Made by a program: the position numbers and the translations under genes. A stretch of DNA of 64,000 bases, taken from positions 32,001 through 96,000 of the IMG/VR virus record IMGVR_UViG_3300045988_137032; one strand, given 5' to 3'. The notes beneath the pieces were generated by a model, which did no database searches, was not told the origin of the DNA, and worked only from the letters and a program-made list of their open reading frames with translations. This DNA is from a virus. The stretch's first letter is position 1, and each line of letters starts with the position of its first letter. This document shows positions 9,248 to 17,154 of the stretch, piece by piece.

Positions 9248-10126
9248 ATGGAATCCTTAAGTGTATCTACGCAAACTTTGGAGCAATTTTTGGAAGCTCC
9301 TTTTTATCAGAAAGACACACAGCAGAAACACCTTATGTATGAATCCCGATATCAAGCGTATCGGAAAGCAAATCGTATTCGTATTAAATCAGTTGTCGAA
9401 GTAGATCATAACTATTTTATTCTTTTTAATGTCCCATCCGAAACTGCTAAAGAGAAATTTGACTATGATGTCGTAATTCAATTTACCCCACCGGATAATG
9501 ATCATGCAATGAGCCCTTCTTTAAGACAGTACTGGGTGCAGTTCTTCTCGAATAGTCCTGGATTTGTCTATAAGTATGCAGCTCTTTATAAACTTCAAGG
9601 TTACTTGATTGAAACTTTACAGATGAAGTTTGCTCCAGGTACTCTGGATACACTTCCTGATAAAGCTAATTCAAATTACACCCTGTATTTCGATTCCAGT
9701 ATCTATTATGCATGCCGATTCATGATTGATAATAAGCTCACTTATTTCAATAAGATCGCTTTGACTTTCTGGAAACGAAATAAGTTTTCTCAGTTCGTTG
9801 ATAATATTAGAGATTTCCAATCTTCACAAGCTGCCCGTAATGGAGGCGGTACTGTAGAGTTGGACTCTAAGATCAAAACTGAGATCAATAAAGATCGTAA
9901 GCTTTCCAATGTGGAACGTCATAAGTTAGCTTCTCGTAGTAAAGTATATTCGGATCAGATAAAAAAGAAAGATAAGCTTGAGAAGAAAGTTGCTAAGATG
10001 AGCACGGACAAAGATGCTCCTCCCAGTATCGTACGTCCTGTCAAGTCTACTTCTCAAGTTCATACAACAACGAAAGTGAATCCTACCAAAAAGAAAACAG
10101 CATCCAAATCAACAAGGCGAAAATGA
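9248..10126 (+). CDS. hypothetical protein with Lys/Thr-rich basic C-terminal tail (292 aa)
   Basis: AAAGG SD. Clean ORF. Confidence 0.7.
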   Translation: MESLSVSTQTLEQFLEAPFYQKDTQQKHLMYESRYQAYRKANRIRIKSVVEVDHNYFILFNVPSETAKEKFDYDVVIQFTPPDNDHAMSPSLRQYWVQFFSNSPGFVYKYAALYKLQGYLIETLQMKFAPGTLDTLPDKANSNYTLYFDSSIYYACRFMIDNKLTYFNKIALTFWKRNKFSQFVDNIRDFQSSQAARNGGGTVELDSKIKTEINKDRKLSNVERHKLASRSKVYSDQIKKKDKLEKKVAKMSTDKDAPPSIVRPVKSTSQVHTTTKVNPTKKKTASKSTRRK

Positions 10127-10212
10127 TTTTTTACTAACACGCTCAGTGAATGATATGTTATATACTTGGGCACGTTAGTATAACTGAATTTTTTGAGAGG
10201 AGAGACCATTCA

Positions 10213-11907
10213 ATGAACACAGACAGCAAGACAACTGAAACGGCCGTAAGTGCGACTTCGTTACGACCGAAGTTCCCGAATATCCCTCGGTCTGAGTGGA
10301 CCGAGAAAACCGCACCCAAAGCACCAATTACTCAGTGGAAACCTAAGCGCGATAAAAGTGATCTTTATTCGGAAGCAGATGGAAGAGTATTTATCTTCCA
10401 TTTTGAGAAGTTTGACTTACCTGATAAGGTAGCAACTTACGATCGATTCTTCGTGAATAAGTTGTCTTACGGTAGTCAGCTTCCTACAATCTGCTCCTAT
10501 ATCAATTACTTCATTAAGAAGTATGATTTGGATCATGAAATTCCCACAGCATATCTGAAGCTCAAGTTCTCCATTGATAAACTGGTCGATGAGGATACTG
10601 GACTGAACGTCTATAATGAAGAAACGATGGATCAGTTCATTAGTCTCATCTATGAAGTGATGTTCACCCCGACAGTTGTTGACAAGATCAAACGATTGGT
10701 TGAAGATAACTATCTGGATGACATTGAGTCTACGGATAATTCTCGTTATCTGAAAGATTCTAAGAAGCATCTTGAAAGTCTTGAATTCAGAAATATCCAT
10801 GTGAAAGTGATGCTTCGCATTAGTTTTGGTATGAAGCTGATTGCCCCCGTTATGTGCCACTTCTTCTACGTGAACCATATGAAACCGGAGCGAGACAGTG
10901 ACGTTATCTATAACTTCTATGCCAGACTCTTTGATCTGTTCAATGAGCCGGGTATGAGCCTTTATAACAAACTCTTCGTTTATGTCAAAGCGAAGGTTCT
11001 GGAGAATAAGTCTCATAATACCGTGATCTTTGAGCAGCGTGAGATTCTCGGCTGGGATGGTTATGTCGTCATTAATTCCTTCCTTCGTAAGGTTCTGATC
11101 AGTGAAACGATCATCAAGTATACGTTCAGTGAGCACTATAGCCCGAAGACGAAGAAATACCAAGAGAATATCATCGGCTTCAACAAAACGATTATCAAAT
11201 ATCAGTTGATGTACTTCTTGAAAGAGCAGTATGCGAAGAACATGACTGAAGTAACATCCACAAAGAACACCGACGGATTGTCCGGACAGGATAAGATGGA
11301 GATGAACCTCACCAAGATTGATGAGGGCATGGTTGTTATTGCGGATGCAAACATCTCTTCCGAAATCGAACGCTTGAGAAGAGAAATCGATTTCGACATC
11401 ACTGATGATGAAATCAATTATTATGTGAAGAACCATAGTCCGTCTCCTCTGCAAGTCCAGATGGTATATTCCTACTGGGCAAAGGACTTTGGTGTCTATC
11501 GCAATATGAGCCTCGCAAGTCGTGTCGAATACACGATTCTTATGCTTATCCTGAAAAAGCGTTTGCTTATCAATGCTGGTAATTCTGAGGATAGTGTCAC
11601 AAATACTTGTGCACTGGCTTACATCATTTCCGGTAACGTGAATGGTACCGTGAATACCAGACAGATTCGCAAGAGTCGCTTTGTCGATAAGGTTGAGAAG
11701 AGTGCTCTCTACAAAGATTTGTGTGAGAATAAGTATAGTCAGCTCATTTCGATTCGTCCTGAATACATCAAAGAAATCCTCTCGAAGTTTATCAATACTT
11801 CCTTTACCTATGTGGTTTACGAAGCTCCTGATCTGTTAGGTCAACCTATTGAATACGATGAGGATACCATTTCTGATGAGCTGCTCTTCTTCCTCAAGAG
11901 CATTTAA
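10213..11907 (+). CDS. hypothetical protein (564 aa)
   Basis: The ORF starts at 10150, but ATG 10213 follows GAGAGGAGAG SD. Confidence 0.7.
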   Translation: MNTDSKTTETAVSATSLRPKFPNIPRSEWTEKTAPKAPITQWKPKRDKSDLYSEADGRVFIFHFEKFDLPDKVATYDRFFVNKLSYGSQLPTICSYINYFIKKYDLDHEIPTAYLKLKFSIDKLVDEDTGLNVYNEETMDQFISLIYEVMFTPTVVDKIKRLVEDNYLDDIESTDNSRYLKDSKKHLESLEFRNIHVKVMLRISFGMKLIAPVMCHFFYVNHMKPERDSDVIYNFYARLFDLFNEPGMSLYNKLFVYVKAKVLENKSHNTVIFEQREILGWDGYVVINSFLRKVLISETIIKYTFSEHYSPKTKKYQENIIGFNKTIIKYQLMYFLKEQYAKNMTEVTSTKNTDGLSGQDKMEMNLTKIDEGMVVIADANISSEIERLRREIDFDITDDEINYYVKNHSPSPLQVQMVYSYWAKDFGVYRNMSLASRVEYTILMLILKKRLLINAGNSEDSVTNTCALAYIISGNVNGTVNTRQIRKSRFVDKVEKSALYKDLCENKYSQLISIRPEYIKEILSKFINTSFTYVVYEAPDLLGQPIEYDEDTISDELLFFLKSI

Positions 11908-11915
11908 CTAATATT

Positions 11916-11957
11916 ATCCACCAACTGTATTATCTCTTGCAGTTGGTGGATTTCTTC
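11916..11957 (+). terminator. rho-independent terminator
   Basis: Stem ATCCACCAACTG (11916-11927) / CAGTTGGTGGAT (11940-11951), then TTCTTC. Confidence 0.7.
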
Positions 11958-12037
11958 ATATAAGTTATACTAAGTTGCCCAAACTTGTATTGAATTATAT
12001 ATCATATATTTGAATAGATAGAAAGGTGAGTGATAGA

Positions 12038-12415
12038 ATGGTCAATCTATTCATACACGGATGGGAGATTGTGCCTATCTGGTTTAAGATAATCTTTATC
12101 TTTGCAGTGCTTAATGCCGCTTGGGACATATGCATGAAAGTCATAACTCGTATTGTCACATTTTATTTTGCAAAAGAACTCGTAAAAGAGAAACTAAAAT
12201 TTCTCATATCAAAACGAGATTTGATTCGAGACTGTATGATAGAGTACGGCTGGAAATGCTATGAAAAAGACAAAGTACGGTATTATGAATCAGGTCTGGT
12301 TAAAATGACGGAGATGGAACTTTTTAAAAATATCATGCGCAATAATTGTGCAAGTGATCCTTCGGAAGTCACGACAAGCATTGATTCCGCTAATAACAGC
12401 ACGAATACAAAATGA
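12038..12415 (+). CDS. small membrane-anchored protein, paralogue family member 1
   Basis: N-terminal hydrophobic segment, then a YGWKCYEKD.. module shared with the next genes. Confidence 0.6.
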   Translation: MVNLFIHGWEIVPIWFKIIFIFAVLNAAWDICMKVITRIVTFYFAKELVKEKLKFLISKRDLIRDCMIEYGWKCYEKDKVRYYESGLVKMTEMELFKNIMRNNCASDPSEVTTSIDSANNSTNTK

Positions 12416-12427
12416 AAGGATAATTGA

Positions 12428-12787
12428 ATGGAAATATATGGAAGAGTTTTCTGGTTTTTATTAGGCTCCTCGTTATTCATTTGCAGTCTAATGCTTCTTT
12501 TCATTGATCCTGTCACGGACTTCATGTGGAAGATTCACTGTATCAGGGTGGATAATAAACTGGAACGTCTTGTTCGTGACTACATGAAAGAATGTGGATG
12601 GAGGATCGTATGGGATAAGAGCATTCGTGGTTGGATGTGTATCAGTAGAAGTGGTTTTAGAATCACTTTGAAGAATGCATGTAACTACGTAAAAGATCAC
12701 AACGATGAAAACGATCCATATTATTGGGCAAACGATTTTATGGTGTGGAATTATGTGGACGAAAGGGATACTAAAAAATGGACTTAG
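12428..12787 (+). CDS. small membrane-anchored protein, paralogue family member 2
   Basis: N-terminal TM segment. CGWRIVWDKSIRGWMCISRSGFRITLKNACNYVKDH aligns with member 3. Confidence 0.65.
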   Translation: MEIYGRVFWFLLGSSLFICSLMLLFIDPVTDFMWKIHCIRVDNKLERLVRDYMKECGWRIVWDKSIRGWMCISRSGFRITLKNACNYVKDHNDENDPYYWANDFMVWNYVDERDTKKWT

Positions 12788-13185
12788 TATTGAAATGGAT
12801 CCTGGTTATCTATTTCGCGGTTCTCTTAATCATTATCACTGGATTCATATTTTCGTATCAGATATGTTTCGTAGTGATTTACATAGCAACCTTTATCAAG
12901 GATAAGGAGTTTAGAGACGCTGTAATATCCCTCCGTTTTAATTATTTTAAGCGGAGTATTCTTCTGTATAAATTTCATCGTCATGTACGGAGTTATTTAA
13001 AGCATGATGGATGGAAAATCGTTTGGGATATAAAAACCTTCAGGAGAGTATGCATCAGTAGAAGAGGATTTCGTATCCCTTTGAAAGATGCGTATTCATA
13101 TATCAGGAAACATGGAGATCCAATGGATATATTCTATTGGGGTGATGTGTTTGATCTGTGGAATCGTACGAGTGAGGAGATGTAG
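12778..13185 (+). CDS. small membrane-anchored protein, paralogue family member 3
   Basis: N-terminal TM segment. DGWKIVWDIKTFRRVCISRRGFRIPLKDAYSYIRKH. The start overlaps the previous stop. Confidence 0.65.
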   Translation: MDLVLKWILVIYFAVLLIIITGFIFSYQICFVVIYIATFIKDKEFRDAVISLRFNYFKRSILLYKFHRHVRSYLKHDGWKIVWDIKTFRRVCISRRGFRIPLKDAYSYIRKHGDPMDIFYWGDVFDLWNRTSEEM

Positions 13186-13187
13186 AA

Positions 13188-13448
13188 ATGATTGAATTGA
13201 ACGGGTACAATGTAACGGCGGCATTCATTATCGGAGCAGGAGCAATCGAACTCTACAAGCAGTGGAAGGTTGGTCATGACCTTGCTAAGATGTGCAAGGA
13301 AGAAATCTGTGAGTTCATGTCCAACCGTGGGTACAAAGTGCATACAGATAACTTCGGAGATACTTACTTCGTGAAGGACAGTAAGCTTTATACCTATAAG
13401 TACATTCATGATCTTGCCGGAGAGAATAAGCTCAACGAAATCTATTAA
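13188..13448 (+). CDS. small protein, probable diverged member of the same family (86 aa)
   Basis: GAGGAG SD. RGYKVHTDNFGDTYFVKDSKLYTYKYIHD is a similar module. Confidence 0.55.
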   Translation: MIELNGYNVTAAFIIGAGAIELYKQWKVGHDLAKMCKEEICEFMSNRGYKVHTDNFGDTYFVKDSKLYTYKYIHDLAGENKLNEIY

Positions 13449-13531
13449 TTGATTTACTTGCTAACCTGTAAGTAATTACAGGGAAGCTTGTAATATAAGC
13501 AAATCAAATGAAACACAAAGGAGAAAGTATT

Positions 13532-13903
13532 ATGAACCTGACAGAGAAATTCAACGACCTCGAGCGGTATCAGCCCAACCAGCTTTGGATGATGAAGGAT
13601 GGTAGCCTGTTCTTCGTCACTGGTATCGATCCCATCAGCAAACTCCGTACGTCCAACAAAGAGCGTACTGTCTCTGGCCGTAAGGTTAAACCCCGTTCTC
13701 AGGACAAGACTCTGAGCGATGACCTCGTGATGTTCACTGAGCCTCAGAGTGGTGTCGTCTATCAGATGGACATCCGTTCCACCATCAGCATGTCCATGAA
13801 GGATATGCGCAACAATGAGGCTGCATACATTGCAACTCTCACTTCCTCTCTGCTGGATAAGATCAATCGCCAGCTGAACGATTACAACCAGAACAACTGG
13901 TAA
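13532..13903 (+). CDS. hypothetical protein (123 aa) with C-ending codon bias
   Basis: The ORF starts at 13508, but ATG 13532 follows AAGGAG. Confidence 0.65.
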   Translation: MNLTEKFNDLERYQPNQLWMMKDGSLFFVTGIDPISKLRTSNKERTVSGRKVKPRSQDKTLSDDLVMFTEPQSGVVYQMDIRSTISMSMKDMRNNEAAYIATLTSSLLDKINRQLNDYNQNNW

Positions 13904-13916
13904 TTCCCTAGCATAA

Positions 13917-13959
13917 ATAAGGAGTATGTGTACTGTGTTACACATACTCCTTATTTTTT
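13917..13959 (+). terminator. rho-independent terminator
   Basis: A 16-bp stem, 13917-13932 / 13939-13954, then a T6 run. Confidence 0.85.
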
Positions 13960-13971
13960 GTATTGATACTG

Positions 13972-13991
13972 CCTAAAAACAAACTCTTAAG
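13972..13991 (+). promoter_or_regulatory. promoter-like motif class L
   Basis: CCTAAAAACAAACTCTTAAG. Differs at 1 of 20 positions from the copy at 61441. Lies 35 nt before ATG 14024. Confidence 0.55.
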
Positions 13992-14023
13992 TCGATAACT
14001 CTAAAGTAAAGGAGATGAGACAA

Positions 14024-14860
14024 ATGAATTATGAATCCAGACTGACTGATCTTCAATGTGAGATTGCTTGTGAGAAAGCAGTATCAGATGCAATGTATGC
14101 AAGTGATAAATTTGTGATTTCTGTAATGGAAAATGCGAATGATCCTGATTTTCATTTCCTTTATGAGATGAATATGGAGGATGTTCGATCTGCATTTATT
14201 ACTGCGATCCAAAATATTCTGGATGCTCTTGCTGAGTTTGCTCGTAAGGTTTCTGTTGCTATGGCATCTGCTATTCAGGCTAAGAAGCTGAATGAGAAGC
14301 TTAGTGAAGTGAAAGCTATCATGGCAAAGAATCGTTCCAAATTCCTTGATAAGAAAATCAATATTTTTGATATTTACAAGTTTAATAAGTATTATACTGA
14401 GTATATCAATAAATATACGAAGGATATTAAGGATATGGCTTCAAGGAAATTTAATTCTATTGAAGACTACGAGAAGTGGCGTGATAAGATGCAGGAAGAT
14501 CTTGCTGAGTTTAACTTCAAACTTACGGATGAAGAGCAGTGGAAACTCTCCGTTTCTATCAATAAGGCCATTGAATTGAGTGATGATGAAGTCACCAATT
14601 ACAAGAAGAATATTGCTCTTGCCCATCAGTATGGTGAAAAGACTATTACTGACTTAAAGGGTTCCTTTAAGAGTGAAGAGAAGATGAGTGATTCCGAAGT
14701 GAATCCGGATACAAAAGCAGCTTCTCTGTTACGAATGTCGAATAATCTCGTTATTAGCTTCTGTAATCAGATTGCTAGTATTGCGAGAACCGTTATTCGT
14801 ACTATCGAGAAACATCCGTTTGCTACACTTGCACTTGTCATCGTTGCAATTGCTATGTAA
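14024..14860 (+). CDS. alpha-helical protein with C-terminal TM anchor; member of the helical paralogue family
   Basis: ATG 14015 lies inside the SD, so ATG 14024 is preferred. N-terminal LQCEIACEKAV motif plus the amphipathic helix AFITAIQNILDALAEFARKV. Confidence 0.7.
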   Translation: MNYESRLTDLQCEIACEKAVSDAMYASDKFVISVMENANDPDFHFLYEMNMEDVRSAFITAIQNILDALAEFARKVSVAMASAIQAKKLNEKLSEVKAIMAKNRSKFLDKKINIFDIYKFNKYYTEYINKYTKDIKDMASRKFNSIEDYEKWRDKMQEDLAEFNFKLTDEEQWKLSVSINKAIELSDDEVTNYKKNIALAHQYGEKTITDLKGSFKSEEKMSDSEVNPDTKAASLLRMSNNLVISFCNQIASIARTVIRTIEKHPFATLALVIVAIAM

Positions 14861-14861
14861 T

Positions 14862-14909
14862 AAAAGTACCAATGAAGAATCTATTAAAGATATCTTCATT
14901 GGTACTTTT
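14862..14909. terminator. bidirectional terminator between convergent genes
   Basis: A 17-bp stem, 14862-14878 / 14893-14909, flanked by A-runs and T-runs. Confidence 0.75.
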
Positions 14910-14911
14910 CA

Positions 14912-15313
14912 TTATTTCTTTGGATAGTTATTCTTTGCCTTAATTTTATTATAGAAATATTTCTCGATAAAGTTCAAAGTTCTAGGTTCTACCTGAGGGA
15001 AATCTTCTTTCCCTAAGAACTGGATAGCAAACTCATCCGGATGCTCTTTGATACGCTGCAATAGTTGAGTTGTGAAAGATCTCAACCTACGAATACTTCT
15101 GTCATCATGAGCCATCTTCTCTTTATTCATATAAAGAGGGCACTCATGACACATTTTGTAGCTCATGATATTTGCAAGAACCGGAATATGCGGATATAAA
15201 CCATACTTGCAGTAATGATGTTCCTCATCGTTTCTTTTCCTTACGATATGATACAGACATTCTGTGCATAGGCAATTGGTTTGAACCAATTCCGGCTGTG
15301 ATTTATTTTCCAT
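14912..15313 (-). CDS. Cys-rich small protein, paralogue A
   Basis: The ORF extends to 15394, but ATG 15313 follows AAGGAG. Pattern CxxC..C..YP..MSY..CPxYM..RIKEHPDEF is shared with the next gene. Confidence 0.65.
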   Translation of the reverse strand: MENKSQPELVQTNCLCTECLYHIVRKRNDEEHHYCKYGLYPHIPVLANIMSYKMCHECPLYMNKEKMAHDDRSIRRLRSFTTQLLQRIKEHPDEFAIQFLGKEDFPQVEPRTLNFIEKYFYNKIKAKNNYPKK

Positions 15314-15755
15314 CTTTATTTTTCTCCTTGATATATTTTTTCTCAGCAGCTTCTCTCCGGAGATCCCATCCAATTGGATGCACTTTATCTGCAATACGCT
15401 TTAACATCCATTTCTGGAACCAATTCAAATTGATTCCCATATAGTCCGTAAGGAACTGATCCGGATGAGACTTAATCCGTTCGATAAGTTGATACGACAA
15501 TTTCCGAATACCATTTCTGGTAACTTTATTCTTTGTAATCGTATCACCATCCATATAGAATGGACATCTTCCATATGTGCTCTGGTGTCCGTATGACATA
15601 ATTTGATTATCCGGCACAGGATACATACCGAGCTTACAGAAATCTGCACTCGTACTAATTGGACTATCATCAGGCCCAACCATTTTGTACTCATGATAGA
15701 TGCATTCCGATAAGCCGCAATGTGTGCATTTCGGATTTTCCGCATTTAATTCCAT
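15303..15755 (-). CDS. Cys-rich small protein, paralogue B
   Basis: CTHCG..CKLGMYP..MSYG..CPFYM..RIKSHPDQF. AAAGGAGG SD. Confidence 0.7.
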   Translation of the reverse strand: MELNAENPKCTHCGLSECIYHEYKMVGPDDSPISTSADFCKLGMYPVPDNQIMSYGHQSTYGRCPFYMDGDTITKNKVTRNGIRKLSYQLIERIKSHPDQFLTDYMGINLNWFQKWMLKRIADKVHPIGWDLRREAAEKKYIKEKNKDGK

Positions 15756-15769
15756 GACTAAATCCTCCT

Positions 15770-16312
15770 TTATTTTCCGGTGGAACCAATGCCACCGTTT
15801 CTTGTTCCAAGTTCATCTTTATTTTCGATTGCAACACCATACTGCAAGAAAATACCCTGACAGAACTTCTGACCCTTCTCAATAGTAAGCGCTGTCGTAG
15901 AATCACTCGGTACATGAATCTTCACCATGATATGCCCTTCATTTGTTTCATCATTGCTCTCACTATTATAATAGTCAGCATCTACAATGCCGATTGTATT
16001 AGCAAGAGTCATACCATATCTAAAGCCAAGACCGCTCTTCGGGCACAATACAAGTACCCAATTAGGATCAATCTCACATTTGATACCGGTTTTTACTACT
16101 ACAGATTCACCAGGTTTGATGGTGAAGTCTTCTGTGCTGTAGAAATCATATCCTGCACTGTGCTTTGTAGCACGCGTAGGAAGCTTGATTTCATCATACT
16201 CGCACAGTTTAGTTTCTCCGTTAATAATTAAATTATTACGGAGTTTATCCCACTGCCGGATATTATCCCACTGCTTCTCAGATACTTTTTCGAAATTTGC
16301 AATGTAACCCAT
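15770..16312 (-). CDS. dut: dUTP pyrophosphatase (trimeric dUTPase)
   Basis: Motifs AGYDFYS, GIVDADYY and C-terminal RNGGIGSTGK. Confidence 0.9.
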   Translation of the reverse strand: MGYIANFEKVSEKQWDNIRQWDKLRNNLIINGETKLCEYDEIKLPTRATKHSAGYDFYSTEDFTIKPGESVVVKTGIKCEIDPNWVLVLCPKSGLGFRYGMTLANTIGIVDADYYNSESNDETNEGHIMVKIHVPSDSTTALTIEKGQKFCQGIFLQYGVAIENKDELGTRNGGIGSTGK

Positions 16313-16375
16313 GATAACATTTTCCTTTCTTGATTCAAGAGGGTTTATTTGTCTTATGTGTTTGTGAAGTCAATA

Positions 16376-16422
16376 GCAGAAAAATACTCCTATACTAGAT
16401 AGATTCCAGTATAGGAGTATTT
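16376..16422 (-). terminator. rho-independent terminator ending the tRNA operon
   Basis: Stem AAATACTCCTATACT (16382-16396) / AGTATAGGAGTATTT (16408-16422). T-run on the minus strand (A-run 16376-16381 on +). Confidence 0.7.
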
Positions 16423-16426
16423 AAGT

Positions 16427-16500
16427 TGGCTGCCCTGTCCTGTTACGATCAGGATTCAGTAGTTTCAAAGACTACTGGCTTACCATTGGCCTACAGGGCA
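16427..16500 (-). tRNA. tRNA-Gln (anticodon UUG)
   Basis: Cloverleaf folded by hand: acceptor TGCCCTG/CAGGGCA with U1-A72 and G73 (Gln identity features); anticodon loop CTTTGAA; encoded CCA; T loop ATCGTAA. Confidence 0.85.
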
Positions 16501-16513
16501 ATATGTATTTATC

Positions 16514-16568
16514 CAGTATATGATCTGCTATCCAAGGTCAAGCAGGAAGGATAGCAGATCATATACTG
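16514..16568. repeat. perfect 20-bp inverted repeat (hairpin) inside the tRNA operon
   Basis: CAGTATATGATCTGCTATCC (16514-16533) and its exact reverse complement (16549-16568), with a 15-nt loop. Confidence 0.8.
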
Positions 16569-16667
16569 ATTCTAGGAGGTTATCTATACGCAGCACAAAT
16601 GGTAAAGACTACACCCATTGCACGTGCGGTAATGTCTTAGAAGAGGATATATTTTGTATACCCTCCA

Positions 16668-16758
16668 TGGCGCCAGCACTCGGGTACGATCCGAGGATAC
16701 GTTGTTAGCGTATGCCGGTTTTCAAGACCGGTGTATTCGACCACTCTACCATACTGGC
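16668..16758 (-). tRNA. tRNA-Ser (anticodon UGA), type II
   Basis: Acceptor GCCAGTA/TGCTGGC, G73, CCA. Anticodon loop CTTGAAA. 19-nt variable arm (ATACG/CGTAT stem). T loop ATCGTAC. Confidence 0.85.
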
Positions 16759-16803
16759 TTATAATGAATATCCATCCCATATCCTGTATACAATGGATAT
16801 TCT

Positions 16804-16878
16804 TGGTGCCGGATGTTGGGATTGAGCCAACTTTTGAGAATTACAAATTCCCTGTCTTCACCATTGGACGAATCCGGC
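16804..16878 (-). tRNA. tRNA-Thr (anticodon UGU)
   Basis: Acceptor GCCGGAT/ATCCGGC, A73, CCA. Anticodon loop TTTGTAA. T arm GTTGG-CTCAATC-CCAAC. Confidence 0.85.
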
Positions 16879-16884
16879 TAGATA

Positions 16885-16963
16885 TGTCAATACTCGGACT
16901 TGAACCGAGACCCTTTCGGACTACCACCTCAAAGTAGCGTGTCTGCCTTTCCACCATATTGAC
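16885..16963 (-). tRNA. tRNA-Leu (anticodon GAG), type II with short variable arm
   Basis: Acceptor GTCAATA/TATTGAC, A73, no encoded CCA. Anticodon loop TTGAGGT. Variable region TCCGAAAGGGT. Canonical T arm CTCGG-TTCAAGT-CCGAG. Confidence 0.75.
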
Positions 16964-17023
16964 ACATATTATTTCTTTTTATTAGAGATAACTATTTGTT
17001 CTTGTGAGTGAATCTTTATATTT

Positions 17024-17033
17024 ATATATTATA
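17024..17033 (+). promoter_or_regulatory. promoter-like motif class E
   Basis: Exact ATATATTATA in the divergent intergenic region, pointing at gene 17155-19221. Confidence 0.45.
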
Positions 17034-17154
17034 TACTTGAGTTACAATAAAGGAGGCAATTATTATATGTAGCTTTATAAAAAAGAATCCAGTAGATTAC
17101 AGAATCCTAAACCCTATAAGACTACAGATAACGACAACAAGGAGTGACTAGAAT

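Noticed and set aside
16569-16667. A possible fifth tRNA in the gap between tRNA-Gln and tRNA-Ser. It has an AATGGTA D-loop-like string, and GGAGGGT..AACCTCC could mimic an acceptor stem.
   Set aside because: The candidate would be about 92 nt with a mismatched acceptor stem, no T arm/T loop and no anticodon arm on either strand. It is kept only as an unassigned structured spacer.
16520-16937. ORFs 16520-16708(+) and 16731-16937(+) in the tRNA region, and 22985-23239(-) over the tRNA-like gene.
   Set aside because: They overlap hand-folded tRNA cloverleaves and hairpins, have no SD, and their translations look non-protein-like.
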